A DNA stretch of 64,000 bases from Armatimonadota bacterium (GTDB taxonomy: Bacteria; Armatimonadota; HRBIN16). The position numbers were made by a program, and so were the translations under genes. How positions within the stretch are numbered: position 1 is the first letter of the stretch; the number at the start of each line of letters is the position of its first letter. The DNA lies in contig OY781964.1 of assembly GCA_963677485.1 (NCBI GenBank), positions 896,001 to 960,000 of the forward strand, written 5' to 3'. The notes under the pieces are model-generated. The model had not been told where the DNA came from. It did not search any database and worked only from the letters and a program-made list of their open reading frames with translations. This document shows, one piece after another, positions 9,348-19,798 of the stretch.

Positions 9348-10817
9348 ATGCGAAATTTTTATTCTTTGCTCCTTTTCGGGCTGCTGGTGGCCGCATCGGC
9401 CCTCTCAGTCAAAGCTGAGATCATCGGGTCGCTTGATGGTGTGTTTGGAGCTCAGGTATCCGGCTGGGCCTGGGATTCGGCACGTCCTGCCACGAAGCTG
9501 ACCGTTGAGATCAGTTTCGATCAAAAGCCCTCCGCCAAACCGGCAGTCACAGCCATCGCCAACCAACCGCGAGCCGACCTCGACAAGCTACGACAAGCCA
9601 AATCCATGTTCACCGCACTTATCCCCGCCAAATACCGCGATGGAAAACAACACGCTATCTACGCGGCGGTAAGGGACAAGAGCGGCAAGCTGGTGGTTCT
9701 GCCTGGTTCGCCTCGAAAGGCTATAGCCATGAAGATAGTCAGCATACCCAAAATGAAAATCAACAAGTCGCTGCCTCCCATCCCCGCTAAAGCGATGATC
9801 TCTTTCGGAGGGGTGGTGCCGTTTGGTGCTGCCTCAGACAAGGGGCTTCAGTCTATCGCATTCAAGTCAGACCAGATGAAGTGGACACTGGAGAACTCTC
9901 AGATGCTCCACATCCCCATCGGCCTTTTCAGAGATGCACCCATCGCTCAGTTGAAAGCCCTTAAGGAAGTCGTTGACCGGTATCATCTGCAGCTTGTGGT
10001 AGAGATGGCCGGTATCTCCCAGTGGATGCAGGTCAATGGCGACAAAATGGGCACCACCAGTGCTGTGCAGGAACTGGATTGGATGGCGAACTATAGCAAA
10101 CCCGTCGCAGAAGGCGGGGCGGGCGGTAAAGTGGACATCGCGATGTTTGACGATCCCCTCTATCGTTGCATATTCCCGAATGACCGCGATGAAGGCCGGA
10201 CCGTGACATTCGCGGCCAACCAGATCGCAGATGCGATGACCGTCTGGCAGACCCGGTTCCCAGAAATCAAAATCATCCTGGGCACCAACTTCCCCAACTG
10301 GGGCTGGAAAGGTACACCCGCCTATTATGTGATGCCAGAAATGATGGGCAAATACGGACGGGGCGATTATTATCCTGCACTGATTGAGACCTTGAACGTG
10401 TTGATGCAGCGCGGCAAGAGCCTGTATGGTGTGATGGTGGACAACCCAGCCGATTACGCTCAGAAGCTCTACCCGAGCAACCAGCCAGAGGCCATCACGA
10501 ACACCGACTTCATAAAACGAGCACTGGAGCTGGAGAAGGTGGTCAAGCAGAACGGCTTGAAATACGCCATGTGGATCAACACCGACATACAGGACATTGA
10601 GCCCGATGGCACCTTCGATGTTGCCACCCGTGACAAAATGTACTACGACCACATCAGCAAGTATGCCCAGCTCTACCGCACACTGGGCGGCGAGCCGGAC
10701 ATCTGGGTCACTTTTTCATGGATGAAGTCACCAGGCTTGATGGGGCCCGAAACCAAACCATACACCCAGTCCTGGGATAGCAAGCAGCTCATCATGCTGC
10801 TGAGGGGCATCAAGTAG
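9348..10817 (+). CDS. Secreted hypothetical protein (N-terminal GWAWD Ig-like module plus probable TIM-barrel domain)
   Basis: Signal peptide, GGAGG RBS, GSLD..VSGWAWD..ANQPRADL module, 489 aa. Confidence 0.6.
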   Translation: MRNFYSLLLFGLLVAASALSVKAEIIGSLDGVFGAQVSGWAWDSARPATKLTVEISFDQKPSAKPAVTAIANQPRADLDKLRQAKSMFTALIPAKYRDGKQHAIYAAVRDKSGKLVVLPGSPRKAIAMKIVSIPKMKINKSLPPIPAKAMISFGGVVPFGAASDKGLQSIAFKSDQMKWTLENSQMLHIPIGLFRDAPIAQLKALKEVVDRYHLQLVVEMAGISQWMQVNGDKMGTTSAVQELDWMANYSKPVAEGGAGGKVDIAMFDDPLYRCIFPNDRDEGRTVTFAANQIADAMTVWQTRFPEIKIILGTNFPNWGWKGTPAYYVMPEMMGKYGRGDYYPALIETLNVLMQRGKSLYGVMVDNPADYAQKLYPSNQPEAITNTDFIKRALELEKVVKQNGLKYAMWINTDIQDIEPDGTFDVATRDKMYYDHISKYAQLYRTLGGEPDIWVTFSWMKSPGLMGPETKPYTQSWDSKQLIMLLRGIK

Positions 10818-10943
10818 ACCTCGCACCCATATGTTACCGATTGATTGAGATCATCCTCATAAAGGATGGTCTCAGTCTTTTTAGTGCGTATAATATGAAC
10901 AGACCGTGCCGGTCATATGTCATGTTATCCAGGGGTGTAGATC

Positions 10944-13900
10944 ATGAATCGTCATGCTGTTTGTATTATTATCGCGGGTATCTGTGGCCTCCTCATCTCC
11001 TCGGGCGTTACAGCACAATCTGGCAGCGTGGCTAGTAGTCCCTACTGGCAGATCAGCCTGGCGAATGGTGCGATCAGCAGCCTACGGTATGATCCCACGG
11101 GCCAGTCGAGATACGGGTCCGATTTGGTCGACAAGCCCCTCTTGGTTCAATCGCAGGGTGCCAACATCACCTTAAGCACCAGCGATCTGGTAATCGGCAA
11201 TGGCTGCAAGTCGCTCACCATCAAGCTGCCCAAAACCGTCAGCAAACCGCTGACCATGATTTGGCCGATACGGCTCAGTGTAGATGGTTATTATGATAGG
11301 TTATCCGGCAAGACATTCAAATCTGCGAGCACAGATGATCCTGCATTGACACGGTTCATCGCCGGCAGCACTGGGCACACCATCATGATCGAATCCTATA
11401 AACGGGTCAATCCCGATGCTCTGAATGCAGACGCTCGGTCGGGCCTCAACCTGGCCAACCAGGACGGCCATACAGTGATTGTCATGACCCGAGACAACAC
11501 ACAGTTCATCCTCAACCACGGCTCAGGGGGTCGCATGAGGTTCACCTTCGTGAATGGTGAGCTGCTCGATACGATCACCTCCCCTGATGGCAGTATCAGC
11601 CTCCAAGCCACCAACATGAACAAAGCGGTCCAACTAGAGCGCGGCGAATTGCTGCCGCATTTCACCTTCGGGAAGGATACGGTTGTCACGAACAGCGTGG
11701 GGGGCAAAACATCGCTGAACCGGCTGTTTAATGATTTCTACCAGCAAGCCGCCTTCTGGTTCCCATACGGTACCGGTCACATGCTTTGGGGTGAGTGGGG
11801 TGCGTTGGGTCATGCGTATGTGAACGGCTCCTACCGCAATGATGTGCGCAATAACCTCTCGAAACAAAACATCGGTGATGACGGATACGGGCATGACGGC
11901 CTGGCCTACGCCTGGGGTGATCAGCACGGCTGGCCATTCCCAGGAGGCTATGATACCCGTCTGTTCTACGTGGGAGCAACCCAGATCAGTGCCATCCGTC
12001 ACTATCTCATGTGGACCGGCGAATACGACCGCCTGAAAACACGCGACTACTCCATCAAAGGCTTCGAGGGCCAGAAAGCTTCATTCGCCCGCACCAAGGC
12101 GGATTCCACCACCAGTCTTCTTGCAGGGAACACATATTACCAGAAGCTGACATCGCCCAAGCCGTTCGACCGCGTCGAGCTGAACCTGATGGTACTGGGC
12201 TCCGACCCTGTGTTGTCGCAGGACGGCATCACTAAGTACGAGGTGCCTGAACAGGGCAGAGGCACCATCGACGCTCAGCCGGTAAAGGATGTCCCGGGCC
12301 AAACCGTCGCCCAAGTCATCAAACCCAGCCGACCGTTCAACGCCATAGGCTTCAAGGTGGCCACCTATGCATCGGCTGGCAATGGCGGACGTCTGCGCGC
12401 CTTCAAGTGGAGCGGAAACTACCAGCAGACACTGCAGCAGAAGCCTCTGTTTGAACGCAGGGTGGTGGAGTTCCAGGACTGCCTGTACGCCTATCTGCTG
12501 ATGCCGCAGATGATGCCCGCCGGCACGGAGATACTGGCGGTTCTTGATGAGCCCACTAAGGCGCAGTCTAGCCAGCCGCCGATGACGGCCTACTTCTTTT
12601 ACAACAAACCCGGTGTCAAAGAGCTCGGGCCCATGTTTGTCGGTGATCAGGTTCGGCCCGACAGATCGATGGATTTAATCTACTGTGTCCGAAACTATCC
12701 GGGTGCGGTCTTCCGGCTACGAAACTCCACTGGCAAACTACTGGTGGAAAAGAGCATTGTGATCCCTGCCATCAACGGTTATTTCAATGTACCGCTGGAC
12801 AAGAGTTATCCAGCCGGGTCATATACCTTCGGCCTGATACCCAATGGGGCACTCATGTATTGGAATGGCGCCACGATGGCCTCGGGCAACCCCGGTGGAG
12901 CCTATGTCAACGGACACAGTTGGGACTGGCTGCAGCGAGCCCGCCGAATGATGGACTACCAGATGGAATACCTCAACGTACGTAAAGAGGGTGTGCCGAA
13001 GTACGATGGTCACGCTGGCGACAAAGACCACTTAGGTCTGGCTGGGAGGTCCGTCGGCAGCAACTACTACGACATTTTACCCTTCGGCTATTATGACGCC
13101 TACGGGGCCACATGGCTGTACCACTCATTGGATGCCATGGTTGAGCTTGAGAAGGCCTACGGTGACCCCGAGAAATCCGCATACTACCGGACGTTCATGC
13201 AGAAAAGCCGCAGCCGATTCAACGAGCTCTACTGGTCAGATAAGGGCTTGAAAGACGGCGCAGCACGCTACATCGGCACAATCGATGTGAATGGCGGCCG
13301 TCACGACTATGGCTTCACCGTGCTAAACACCATGGCAGTGACATATGGCCTGGCACCGAAAGAGCGCGCACTGGCGATTCTGAACCGGCTGGACAACGGC
13401 AAGACACTGGATGGCAAAGGGGTTTGGCACCCGAATGACATCTACAAATGGCAGTTCGCACCGCGCATGACCACCATCGACAACCAGGACTGGTGGGCAG
13501 TCGGCCAAAAGGCCTCCGAGTTCCCCTGGGGTGACCAGATACAAAACGGCGGTGCCGACCTCTACGAGAGCTTTTACGACCTGATGGCGCGGTTGAAGAC
13601 CAAAGGTGCCGATGACGCTTACAAGCGGTTGATGACCATCCTACGCCGCTACTCTGAGCCCGACCGTCTGACGGGATACAGTCCCCTATTCACAGGCGGC
13701 AGCGTGCAAGGTGGCCAGGCGGGCGGAGTGGGTATCATGAGCTCAGAGTTCCCTGAGACTAGCCTGCTCGCCTCTATTGTGCTCTACGGCTTCCTGGGAG
13801 CCGATGCCCGGCCGGACGGTCTGCATCTCGCACCCAAAATCCCGAGCGCTCAGCCGTCTATTCAGGCCCAGAATATCTTCTACCACGGCACCTATTTTGA

Positions 13901-14060
13901 TATCGAGGCCACCCGCAGCACACTCAGCATCAAAACCCGACCTGTGGAGGGTCGGTATGACTTCATCATCAACGGCAAACGGCTTAACCCCCCATTCATC
14001 TGGACGAGCAAGCTGGGCAAATCCGGGGAGTGCGTCGTGAAGCCGATGAAGCGCAAATAG
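10944..14060 (+). CDS. Large secreted protein, putative (alpha/alpha)6 glycoside hydrolase with accessory beta-sandwich domains
   Basis: Signal peptide; YLMWTG, NYYDILPFG.YDAY, FN..YW, HDYGF, YGFLG..L.LAPKIP C-terminus typical of six-hairpin glycosidases. Confidence 0.6.
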   Translation: MNRHAVCIIIAGICGLLISSGVTAQSGSVASSPYWQISLANGAISSLRYDPTGQSRYGSDLVDKPLLVQSQGANITLSTSDLVIGNGCKSLTIKLPKTVSKPLTMIWPIRLSVDGYYDRLSGKTFKSASTDDPALTRFIAGSTGHTIMIESYKRVNPDALNADARSGLNLANQDGHTVIVMTRDNTQFILNHGSGGRMRFTFVNGELLDTITSPDGSISLQATNMNKAVQLERGELLPHFTFGKDTVVTNSVGGKTSLNRLFNDFYQQAAFWFPYGTGHMLWGEWGALGHAYVNGSYRNDVRNNLSKQNIGDDGYGHDGLAYAWGDQHGWPFPGGYDTRLFYVGATQISAIRHYLMWTGEYDRLKTRDYSIKGFEGQKASFARTKADSTTSLLAGNTYYQKLTSPKPFDRVELNLMVLGSDPVLSQDGITKYEVPEQGRGTIDAQPVKDVPGQTVAQVIKPSRPFNAIGFKVATYASAGNGGRLRAFKWSGNYQQTLQQKPLFERRVVEFQDCLYAYLLMPQMMPAGTEILAVLDEPTKAQSSQPPMTAYFFYNKPGVKELGPMFVGDQVRPDRSMDLIYCVRNYPGAVFRLRNSTGKLLVEKSIVIPAINGYFNVPLDKSYPAGSYTFGLIPNGALMYWNGATMASGNPGGAYVNGHSWDWLQRARRMMDYQMEYLNVRKEGVPKYDGHAGDKDHLGLAGRSVGSNYYDILPFGYYDAYGATWLYHSLDAMVELEKAYGDPEKSAYYRTFMQKSRSRFNELYWSDKGLKDGAARYIGTIDVNGGRHDYGFTVLNTMAVTYGLAPKERALAILNRLDNGKTLDGKGVWHPNDIYKWQFAPRMTTIDNQDWWAVGQKASEFPWGDQIQNGGADLYESFYDLMARLKTKGADDAYKRLMTILRRYSEPDRLTGYSPLFTGGSVQGGQAGGVGIMSSEFPETSLLASIVLYGFLGADARPDGLHLAPKIPSAQPSIQAQNIFYHGTYFDIEATRSTLSIKTRPVEGRYDFIINGKRLNPPFIWTSKLGKSGECVVKPMKRK

Positions 14061-14150
14061 CGGGCTTAGAAGATACGCATTTCTGCAGGTATATTGCACA
14101 GCCCCCGGCTGTTGACGTGGGTTATTAACTGGACCAGAGCGGGCGTCCCT

Positions 14151-14368
14151 CCGGACACCCACGAAGTGGGTAAGATTCTTACAGCCACGGGTAAGCGAAG
14201 CGCAACCCGTGGTATGCTGTGCATCAATCCTACCCCGAAGTGGGTCGCACCTGATGGTCACGGCAAACGACCCACGTTCGTGGGTAGATAATATCGGACT
14301 ACCTCCACGGGTTTCGCTGGCGCTCACCCGTGGCTATAAGAACCGCTACCCACTTCGTGGGTGCCCGG
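14151..14368. repeat. REPIN-like long inverted repeat with nested hairpins
   Basis: Arms CCGGACACCCACGAAGTGGGTA and TACCCACTTCGTGGGTGCCCGG; inner CCACGGGT..ACCCGTGG hairpins. Confidence 0.75.
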
Positions 14369-14472
14369 AAGGTATCTACCGTTCAAAATATACGGGTGAT
14401 GGATTAGGCTTTCAGCCCGCGGTATCGTGGCTGATCACCTGCGTCCACACCGGTGGCGGTTGTGGACTGGTC

Positions 14473-14549
14473 GGCTATCCACCAGACCGGCGCGGTCTTG
14501 AGCCTTCTGCTATTGTTCGCGTACTGACAGACCGCCCCGGACATAGCCA
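14473..14549. repeat. Partial copy of the 36.5-37.1 kb repeat unit
   Basis: GGCTATCC.CCAGACCGGCGCGGTCT...CAGACCGCCCCGGACATAGCCA matches the array unit. Confidence 0.75.
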
Positions 14550-14642
14550 TGCAAATCTCAGTAGATACGAAACACACATAGCATAAAACCACCCCAATGT
14601 GCGACTATACTGTTAGATAATAACCCCGCGAAAGGTGATCCC

Positions 14643-16793
14643 ATGACAAACAACAAGCCATCATCGCAAGACTACATACCGTTCGGTGCCCAATATTACC
14701 GCGCCCCCACACCAAATCGCTCCGAGTGGGCGAAAGACCTCGATCAATTCAAGGCCGCTGGTTTCAACACCCTGAAATACTGGGCGCAGTGGCGCTGGAA
14801 CAACCCAAGGCCGGGTGAGTATGACTTCACCGACCTGGATGAGTTGATGGACCTGGCGGCTGAACGCGGCCTGAAGGTGATCATCAACGTCATCTTTGAT
14901 GTCGCCCCCTCCTGGCTGTTCAAGCAATACCCGGAGTGCCGTATGGTCACCGCTGATGGCCGCATGGTGGGCCCAGCCGTCAACGCCTGCCGACAGATCG
15001 GCGGGGTGCCAGGCCCCTGCTTGAACCACCCAGAATCGCAAGAAGTCAGAATGCAGTTCCTGCAGGCCACCGTCCAGCGATATGCAAGCCACCCGGCACT
15101 CGACATCTGGGATCTGTGGAACGAACCAGAGTTGACCTGCTGCCTGATGCGGGAGCCCTCGGTGGAGAACCAGGTCTGCTACTGCCCCAGTTGTGCCTCG
15201 CAATTCATTGAGTGGCTGCAGAAGAAATTCGGCTCGCTTGAAGCGGTCAATGCGCGCTGGGGACGCAACTATCAGAGCTGGGAAGAGCTGGAGCTGCCGG
15301 TCATGCCCCACGCATTTGGCGATATCATCGACTGGCGCATGTTCCAGGTGAACACCATCACTGCGGAAATGCAGCGGCGGGCCGACGTCACCCGCCAGTG
15401 CGACCATAACCACCAGGTGATGTGCCACACCGTGCCGATGCCGGTGTTCAACCCTGTCACGTGTGCATCCGATGACTGGGCGCTGGCGGAAATCGGTGAC
15501 CTGCACGGCAACAGCCTGGGCAGTGACCCCTTCGCCGCGGACCTGATCCGCTCCGCCGCTCGCGGCAAGAAGGTGATCAACGCCGAAATCCACGCGCTGC
15601 CCGGCTCCAGCCTGGCGCGTGTCCACCCCATCGGGCTGGCTGAAATGCAGCGACACATCTTTATCCCGCTGGGGCACGGCATCAAGGGCTTTGTTTTCTG
15701 GCAGTATCGGCCGGAGCTGCTCGGGCTGGAGTCACCAGCATGGGGCCTGACCAACCCTGACGGCAGCCCTGCCCCATGGCATGAAGACACCGCCAAGATC
15801 AACGCGATGCTTCAGCAGAATGCCGCGTTTTTGAACAACGCGGAGCCGCAGGGTGAGGAGATCGGCATCTTCTACCACCCCGAGAACCATGTCTTTAGCT
15901 GGTGCTGCTACGACTTCGGAATGCACGACCAGGCGGTGCAAGGCGTCTACCAGACGCTGTATAACAACAACTACCGCGTGCGGTTTATCCACCCCAGCGA
16001 TATGCAGCACGGCATCCCAAAAAGCTGCCGCACCATCATCTACCCATTCCCCTATGTGCTCGATAAGCCCACCGCTGACGGCCTGAAATTGTGGGTGGAA
16101 CAGGGGGGCAGCCTCATCGGTGAGGCCTTCTTTGGCAATCTGGTACGTGAAAACAGCATGCACAGCATGACGGTGCCTGGATATGGCTTCGATGAGGTGT
16201 TTGGAGCACGCGAAGGCGTGGTTCAGCCGTTCACCGCCCAAGCCGACCTCTACCGAGGCGGCCGCGAGCTTGGCATGTCGCAGCTTGGCCCCATTATCAC
16301 CACCACGGTTGATATGCCGGGTCTGGCCGCTGGTCACCACGCGCAGGGCTTCCTGGTGCATATCCCGCTGATTACTTCTAGCGCGAAGACCTTGGCCACC
16401 TTCGGTGACGGATCGCCCGCCATCACCCGGAACAACTACGGCAAGGGACAGGCCGTGCTCTGCGGCACGATGCTCTCACGAGCCGCCAAGCAAGACCCGG
16501 AGGCGCTCAAACTGTTGGCCGCGCTGGTGGCCAGCCTCGCGCCCAAGGCGCAGGTCGCCTGCACAGACGGAGCCGTGCGCGTGGATGTCATCACCGATGG
16601 CTCGCGGCACGCGCTGGTGGTACAGAACCTGCACGCCGAACCCAAGCAGATGCTCATACGACCCAACGTAGGCATATCTGCCGTGCCGATTGTCAACGCA
16701 ATGACAGGCCAGCAGACGGAGTGGGACGATCAGGCGGCTGGCTGGAACCTGACATTAGCGCCATCCGCCGTCGAGCTCTACTTCACAAAGTAG
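14643..16793 (+). CDS. Beta-galactosidase-like glycoside hydrolase, GH42
   Basis: GAQYY, W..DL..K.AGFN, P.W, WNEP acid/base, CYCPSC zinc site, DW..F, trimerisation domain. Confidence 0.88.
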   Translation: MTNNKPSSQDYIPFGAQYYRAPTPNRSEWAKDLDQFKAAGFNTLKYWAQWRWNNPRPGEYDFTDLDELMDLAAERGLKVIINVIFDVAPSWLFKQYPECRMVTADGRMVGPAVNACRQIGGVPGPCLNHPESQEVRMQFLQATVQRYASHPALDIWDLWNEPELTCCLMREPSVENQVCYCPSCASQFIEWLQKKFGSLEAVNARWGRNYQSWEELELPVMPHAFGDIIDWRMFQVNTITAEMQRRADVTRQCDHNHQVMCHTVPMPVFNPVTCASDDWALAEIGDLHGNSLGSDPFAADLIRSAARGKKVINAEIHALPGSSLARVHPIGLAEMQRHIFIPLGHGIKGFVFWQYRPELLGLESPAWGLTNPDGSPAPWHEDTAKINAMLQQNAAFLNNAEPQGEEIGIFYHPENHVFSWCCYDFGMHDQAVQGVYQTLYNNNYRVRFIHPSDMQHGIPKSCRTIIYPFPYVLDKPTADGLKLWVEQGGSLIGEAFFGNLVRENSMHSMTVPGYGFDEVFGAREGVVQPFTAQADLYRGGRELGMSQLGPIITTTVDMPGLAAGHHAQGFLVHIPLITSSAKTLATFGDGSPAITRNNYGKGQAVLCGTMLSRAAKQDPEALKLLAALVASLAPKAQVACTDGAVRVDVITDGSRHALVVQNLHAEPKQMLIRPNVGISAVPIVNAMTGQQTEWDDQAAGWNLTLAPSAVELYFTK

Positions 16794-16806
16794 GGCTCCA
16801 ACCGAA

Positions 16807-19794
16807 ATGAGGACACAGATGAACACGGTGATCAGTCAGATATGCATCCTGGCGTTAGTGGTTATGGCAACCGGATGGTCACACGCGGCTAAAGCCGCTG
16901 ACCCCATCAACACCCCTCTGGTGAAAGACATCGACATCACCGCGAACTGGCTGTCTTCAGACGGAATGCAGCCCGGCCTGCAGGTGAAAGAACCCGCCGT
17001 CAAGCCGGGCAGCCTGAAGAGCTTCAAGCAGAGCCTGCGACTGCCAGCGGGTCAGCACACCATCGAGATTCGCTACGAGCCTGCTCAGGATGTCATCCCA
17101 GACCAGGCACTGGGTGGCGTGCGGAGTCAAGTGAAGGTGCTCAGCATCAACGGTAAACCGCTGCTGCTGAACTTCACCCCTGACGCACAAAATCCCGAGC
17201 TCTTGACGGCCACCGCCAGTTTCACCGCCACGACAGCGCCTTTGCTGCTCCAACTGGACATCTGCGCCACCCGGCCGTTCATCACCATACTCCACCTCGG
17301 CGAGGGGATTGTGAGCAAATCCCGCTTTGCCGGTGTCAACCCAGAGAAAAGCGGTGAGCTGCTGCTGGTGAAGGGTATCCCCTTCATGCTGCGCGGCAAA
17401 CTAACCTGGCAAAACAACCTGATCGAGCCTGATGCTGACCGTCAGGATTTACACCCGTGGACATCCACTGGCCTGCGGTATGAGCTCGGAGGCCAGACCG
17501 CCAAGCGTATCCACTTCCTGGGCATGATCCCCAGCGTCGACATTGCCAACGGCTCATGGTATGCCAAGAAGGGTGATAACGGCTACAACCACTTCGTAGG
17601 CGACAAGCTGGGCAACATCGATGTGGAATTCTCCGACGGCACCAAACAGAGCGTGCCCCTGATCATCGGATTCAACATCTGGTACGGTCGACCTTGGGAC
17701 ATCATCTGGCATTACACCTTCGTGAACCAGATATGCGGATACGCCAACAAAGACGAAGGATCGTTTGATGGTTCCGACACGGTACGGGCACTGTTCCACG
17801 ATGGTGTCTGGCTGCAGGATGCCTACCGCGTGCCAGGCTCGCGAAGCAACAACGCGCGGTACCTGTTCACACTGGATGTCGGTGGCAAAGCAGTTAAGTC
17901 GATCAATATTACAGGGGACAAGCAGTTCTACGCTCATCCGGTGGTCTCCGCTATCACTCTGGAGACCGATACGCCTGTCGTCAGTAGTGCCATGCAGGCT
18001 CTGCCCAGCCCAGCCATCAGTACTCCGCTCACTCGCCCTGTCACGCTGGCTCAAGTAAAAAGCGAGGCATGGCGGAACGGTGTCGAAGCGATGATGCGCA
18101 ACTTGTATACCTATGTGGATGACCTGCCCCTTCTGAAAGAGCCGCAGGTGACGGCTGGGTATTTCGGTCCTGACTATAACTTCCGGGGCACGCAAGAGGC
18201 GGTCTATGCGGCGACTTACCTCTACCGCAACGGCCCCGAGTGCGGCTCGTATATCGCCGATACCGGCATGGGCTGTTCGTCGCCGGTCTCCTCTGGATCT
18301 ATTGCACAATATTGTAGTGGGATGGGTGTGCGCGTATACAACATATTCAACCCCACACCCTACTACGGCAACCTGACCAACTGGTTCACGCAATATCAAA
18401 CCAAGCAGCCTGGGCAGCTTCCTGGAGCCTCCAACGGCTGGACCAGAGGCGTGGGTGAGCTTCTGCGGGAAGGTGTGGCCTTCGGATACGATAAATTCGC
18501 CAACAACTACATCGACTGGCTTGATAAATGCCTGATGACCGAAGCCAACCCTCCCCACTGGAACCGCGTGGCGGGTGCCCCCACCTTCGACACATCGAAG
18601 CGCATGGTGGGCGATACCGAAGAGCGTGGCAACCGCGAGAACGACGGTCACGGCATCTGCATGTGGGGCCGATACATGGTTTGGCACTGGCAGGGTCAGC
18701 CGCGTGAGTGGAACGAGACGCACTGGACCGCCACCAAGGCTGCCGTGGACTGGATCCAGTGGCAGTTAGATACGGACACCACCTTCCCCGGCAAGCGCAA
18801 GGACGTCCTCTACACCGAGAGTGAATGCGCGCATGGCGACTACGAAATCTACTCTACCTACAACTGCCTGCATGGCGTGATGCTGTCCATCCGCATGGCG
18901 AAGCAACTGGGCAAGCAGGATGAGGTTGAAAAGTGGACCACACTCTACAACCGCCTGCGAAAAGGCGTGATTGACAACTTGACCGACCCCAGCGAGTTTG
19001 GCCCCGTCTGGCACACCTACCCCAACACCGACTGGCAGGATCATGCCCACAAACTGGTGCCAATCCAGCTCGCCACCGAGGGTCTGAGCTATAACCCACT
19101 GCAGTATTTAGGTGCATCCGATGAGCTGGATAAGCAGATTCTTGAGATCAGCCGCAACACATACAAGTTCCTAATGAAAGAGAAGAACTACAACTGCCTG
19201 CGCATGTTCGGATATGGCCAGGGCATGATGACACAGTCGGCGTTGCTGCTGGACGAAATGGGTGATGCGGAACAATTCCTGAACACGATGCTGACGCACT
19301 GCTATCTGCCGAAATACTCAGGATGGGCCTCTCCTGAAGGCATCATCCTGCACCGCAGCGGCAAATACTATCTGCCGGTCAACGGCTATCTGGGGCAGGA
19401 CTCGCACGCCGCGGACAGCACCAAAGCGGTCCGGCTCACGATGGGCATCGATGACAACAACCCCGCAGAGCTGCACCTGGTGCCGCGTTATCCCGCCAGT
19501 TGGACTGAGATGTCGATCGCACGCTACCCAGTGCTCACTGGTGACAGCCGACAGCAGATCAGCTATCAATACACGCGGAGTGAATCGAGCCAGAGCTTCC
19601 ACTTCGAGCTAAGCCAGCGGGCTTCGGCCGTGAGCCTCCGAATGGGGCCTATTGCCGCGGGCAAAAAGGTCAAAGGTGTCACTGTTGACGGCAGTACCAC
19701 CCCCTTCGTGCTGGAGCCCTCAGGCGACAGCAACTGGGTATGGATACGCGGCATCACAGCGAAACAAGCCGACATCGTGTTGGCGATGGAATAG
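16807..19794 (+). CDS. Large secreted hypothetical protein, putative six-hairpin glycosidase-like
   Basis: Signal peptide; WTRG.G, E.DGHG, aromatic-rich helical core, C-terminal G.D..L.LVPRYP.SW. Confidence 0.55.
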   Translation: MRTQMNTVISQICILALVVMATGWSHAAKAADPINTPLVKDIDITANWLSSDGMQPGLQVKEPAVKPGSLKSFKQSLRLPAGQHTIEIRYEPAQDVIPDQALGGVRSQVKVLSINGKPLLLNFTPDAQNPELLTATASFTATTAPLLLQLDICATRPFITILHLGEGIVSKSRFAGVNPEKSGELLLVKGIPFMLRGKLTWQNNLIEPDADRQDLHPWTSTGLRYELGGQTAKRIHFLGMIPSVDIANGSWYAKKGDNGYNHFVGDKLGNIDVEFSDGTKQSVPLIIGFNIWYGRPWDIIWHYTFVNQICGYANKDEGSFDGSDTVRALFHDGVWLQDAYRVPGSRSNNARYLFTLDVGGKAVKSINITGDKQFYAHPVVSAITLETDTPVVSSAMQALPSPAISTPLTRPVTLAQVKSEAWRNGVEAMMRNLYTYVDDLPLLKEPQVTAGYFGPDYNFRGTQEAVYAATYLYRNGPECGSYIADTGMGCSSPVSSGSIAQYCSGMGVRVYNIFNPTPYYGNLTNWFTQYQTKQPGQLPGASNGWTRGVGELLREGVAFGYDKFANNYIDWLDKCLMTEANPPHWNRVAGAPTFDTSKRMVGDTEERGNRENDGHGICMWGRYMVWHWQGQPREWNETHWTATKAAVDWIQWQLDTDTTFPGKRKDVLYTESECAHGDYEIYSTYNCLHGVMLSIRMAKQLGKQDEVEKWTTLYNRLRKGVIDNLTDPSEFGPVWHTYPNTDWQDHAHKLVPIQLATEGLSYNPLQYLGASDELDKQILEISRNTYKFLMKEKNYNCLRMFGYGQGMMTQSALLLDEMGDAEQFLNTMLTHCYLPKYSGWASPEGIILHRSGKYYLPVNGYLGQDSHAADSTKAVRLTMGIDDNNPAELHLVPRYPASWTEMSIARYPVLTGDSRQQISYQYTRSESSQSFHFELSQRASAVSLRMGPIAAGKKVKGVTVDGSTTPFVLEPSGDSNWVWIRGITAKQADIVLAME

Positions 19795-19798
19795 TCAC

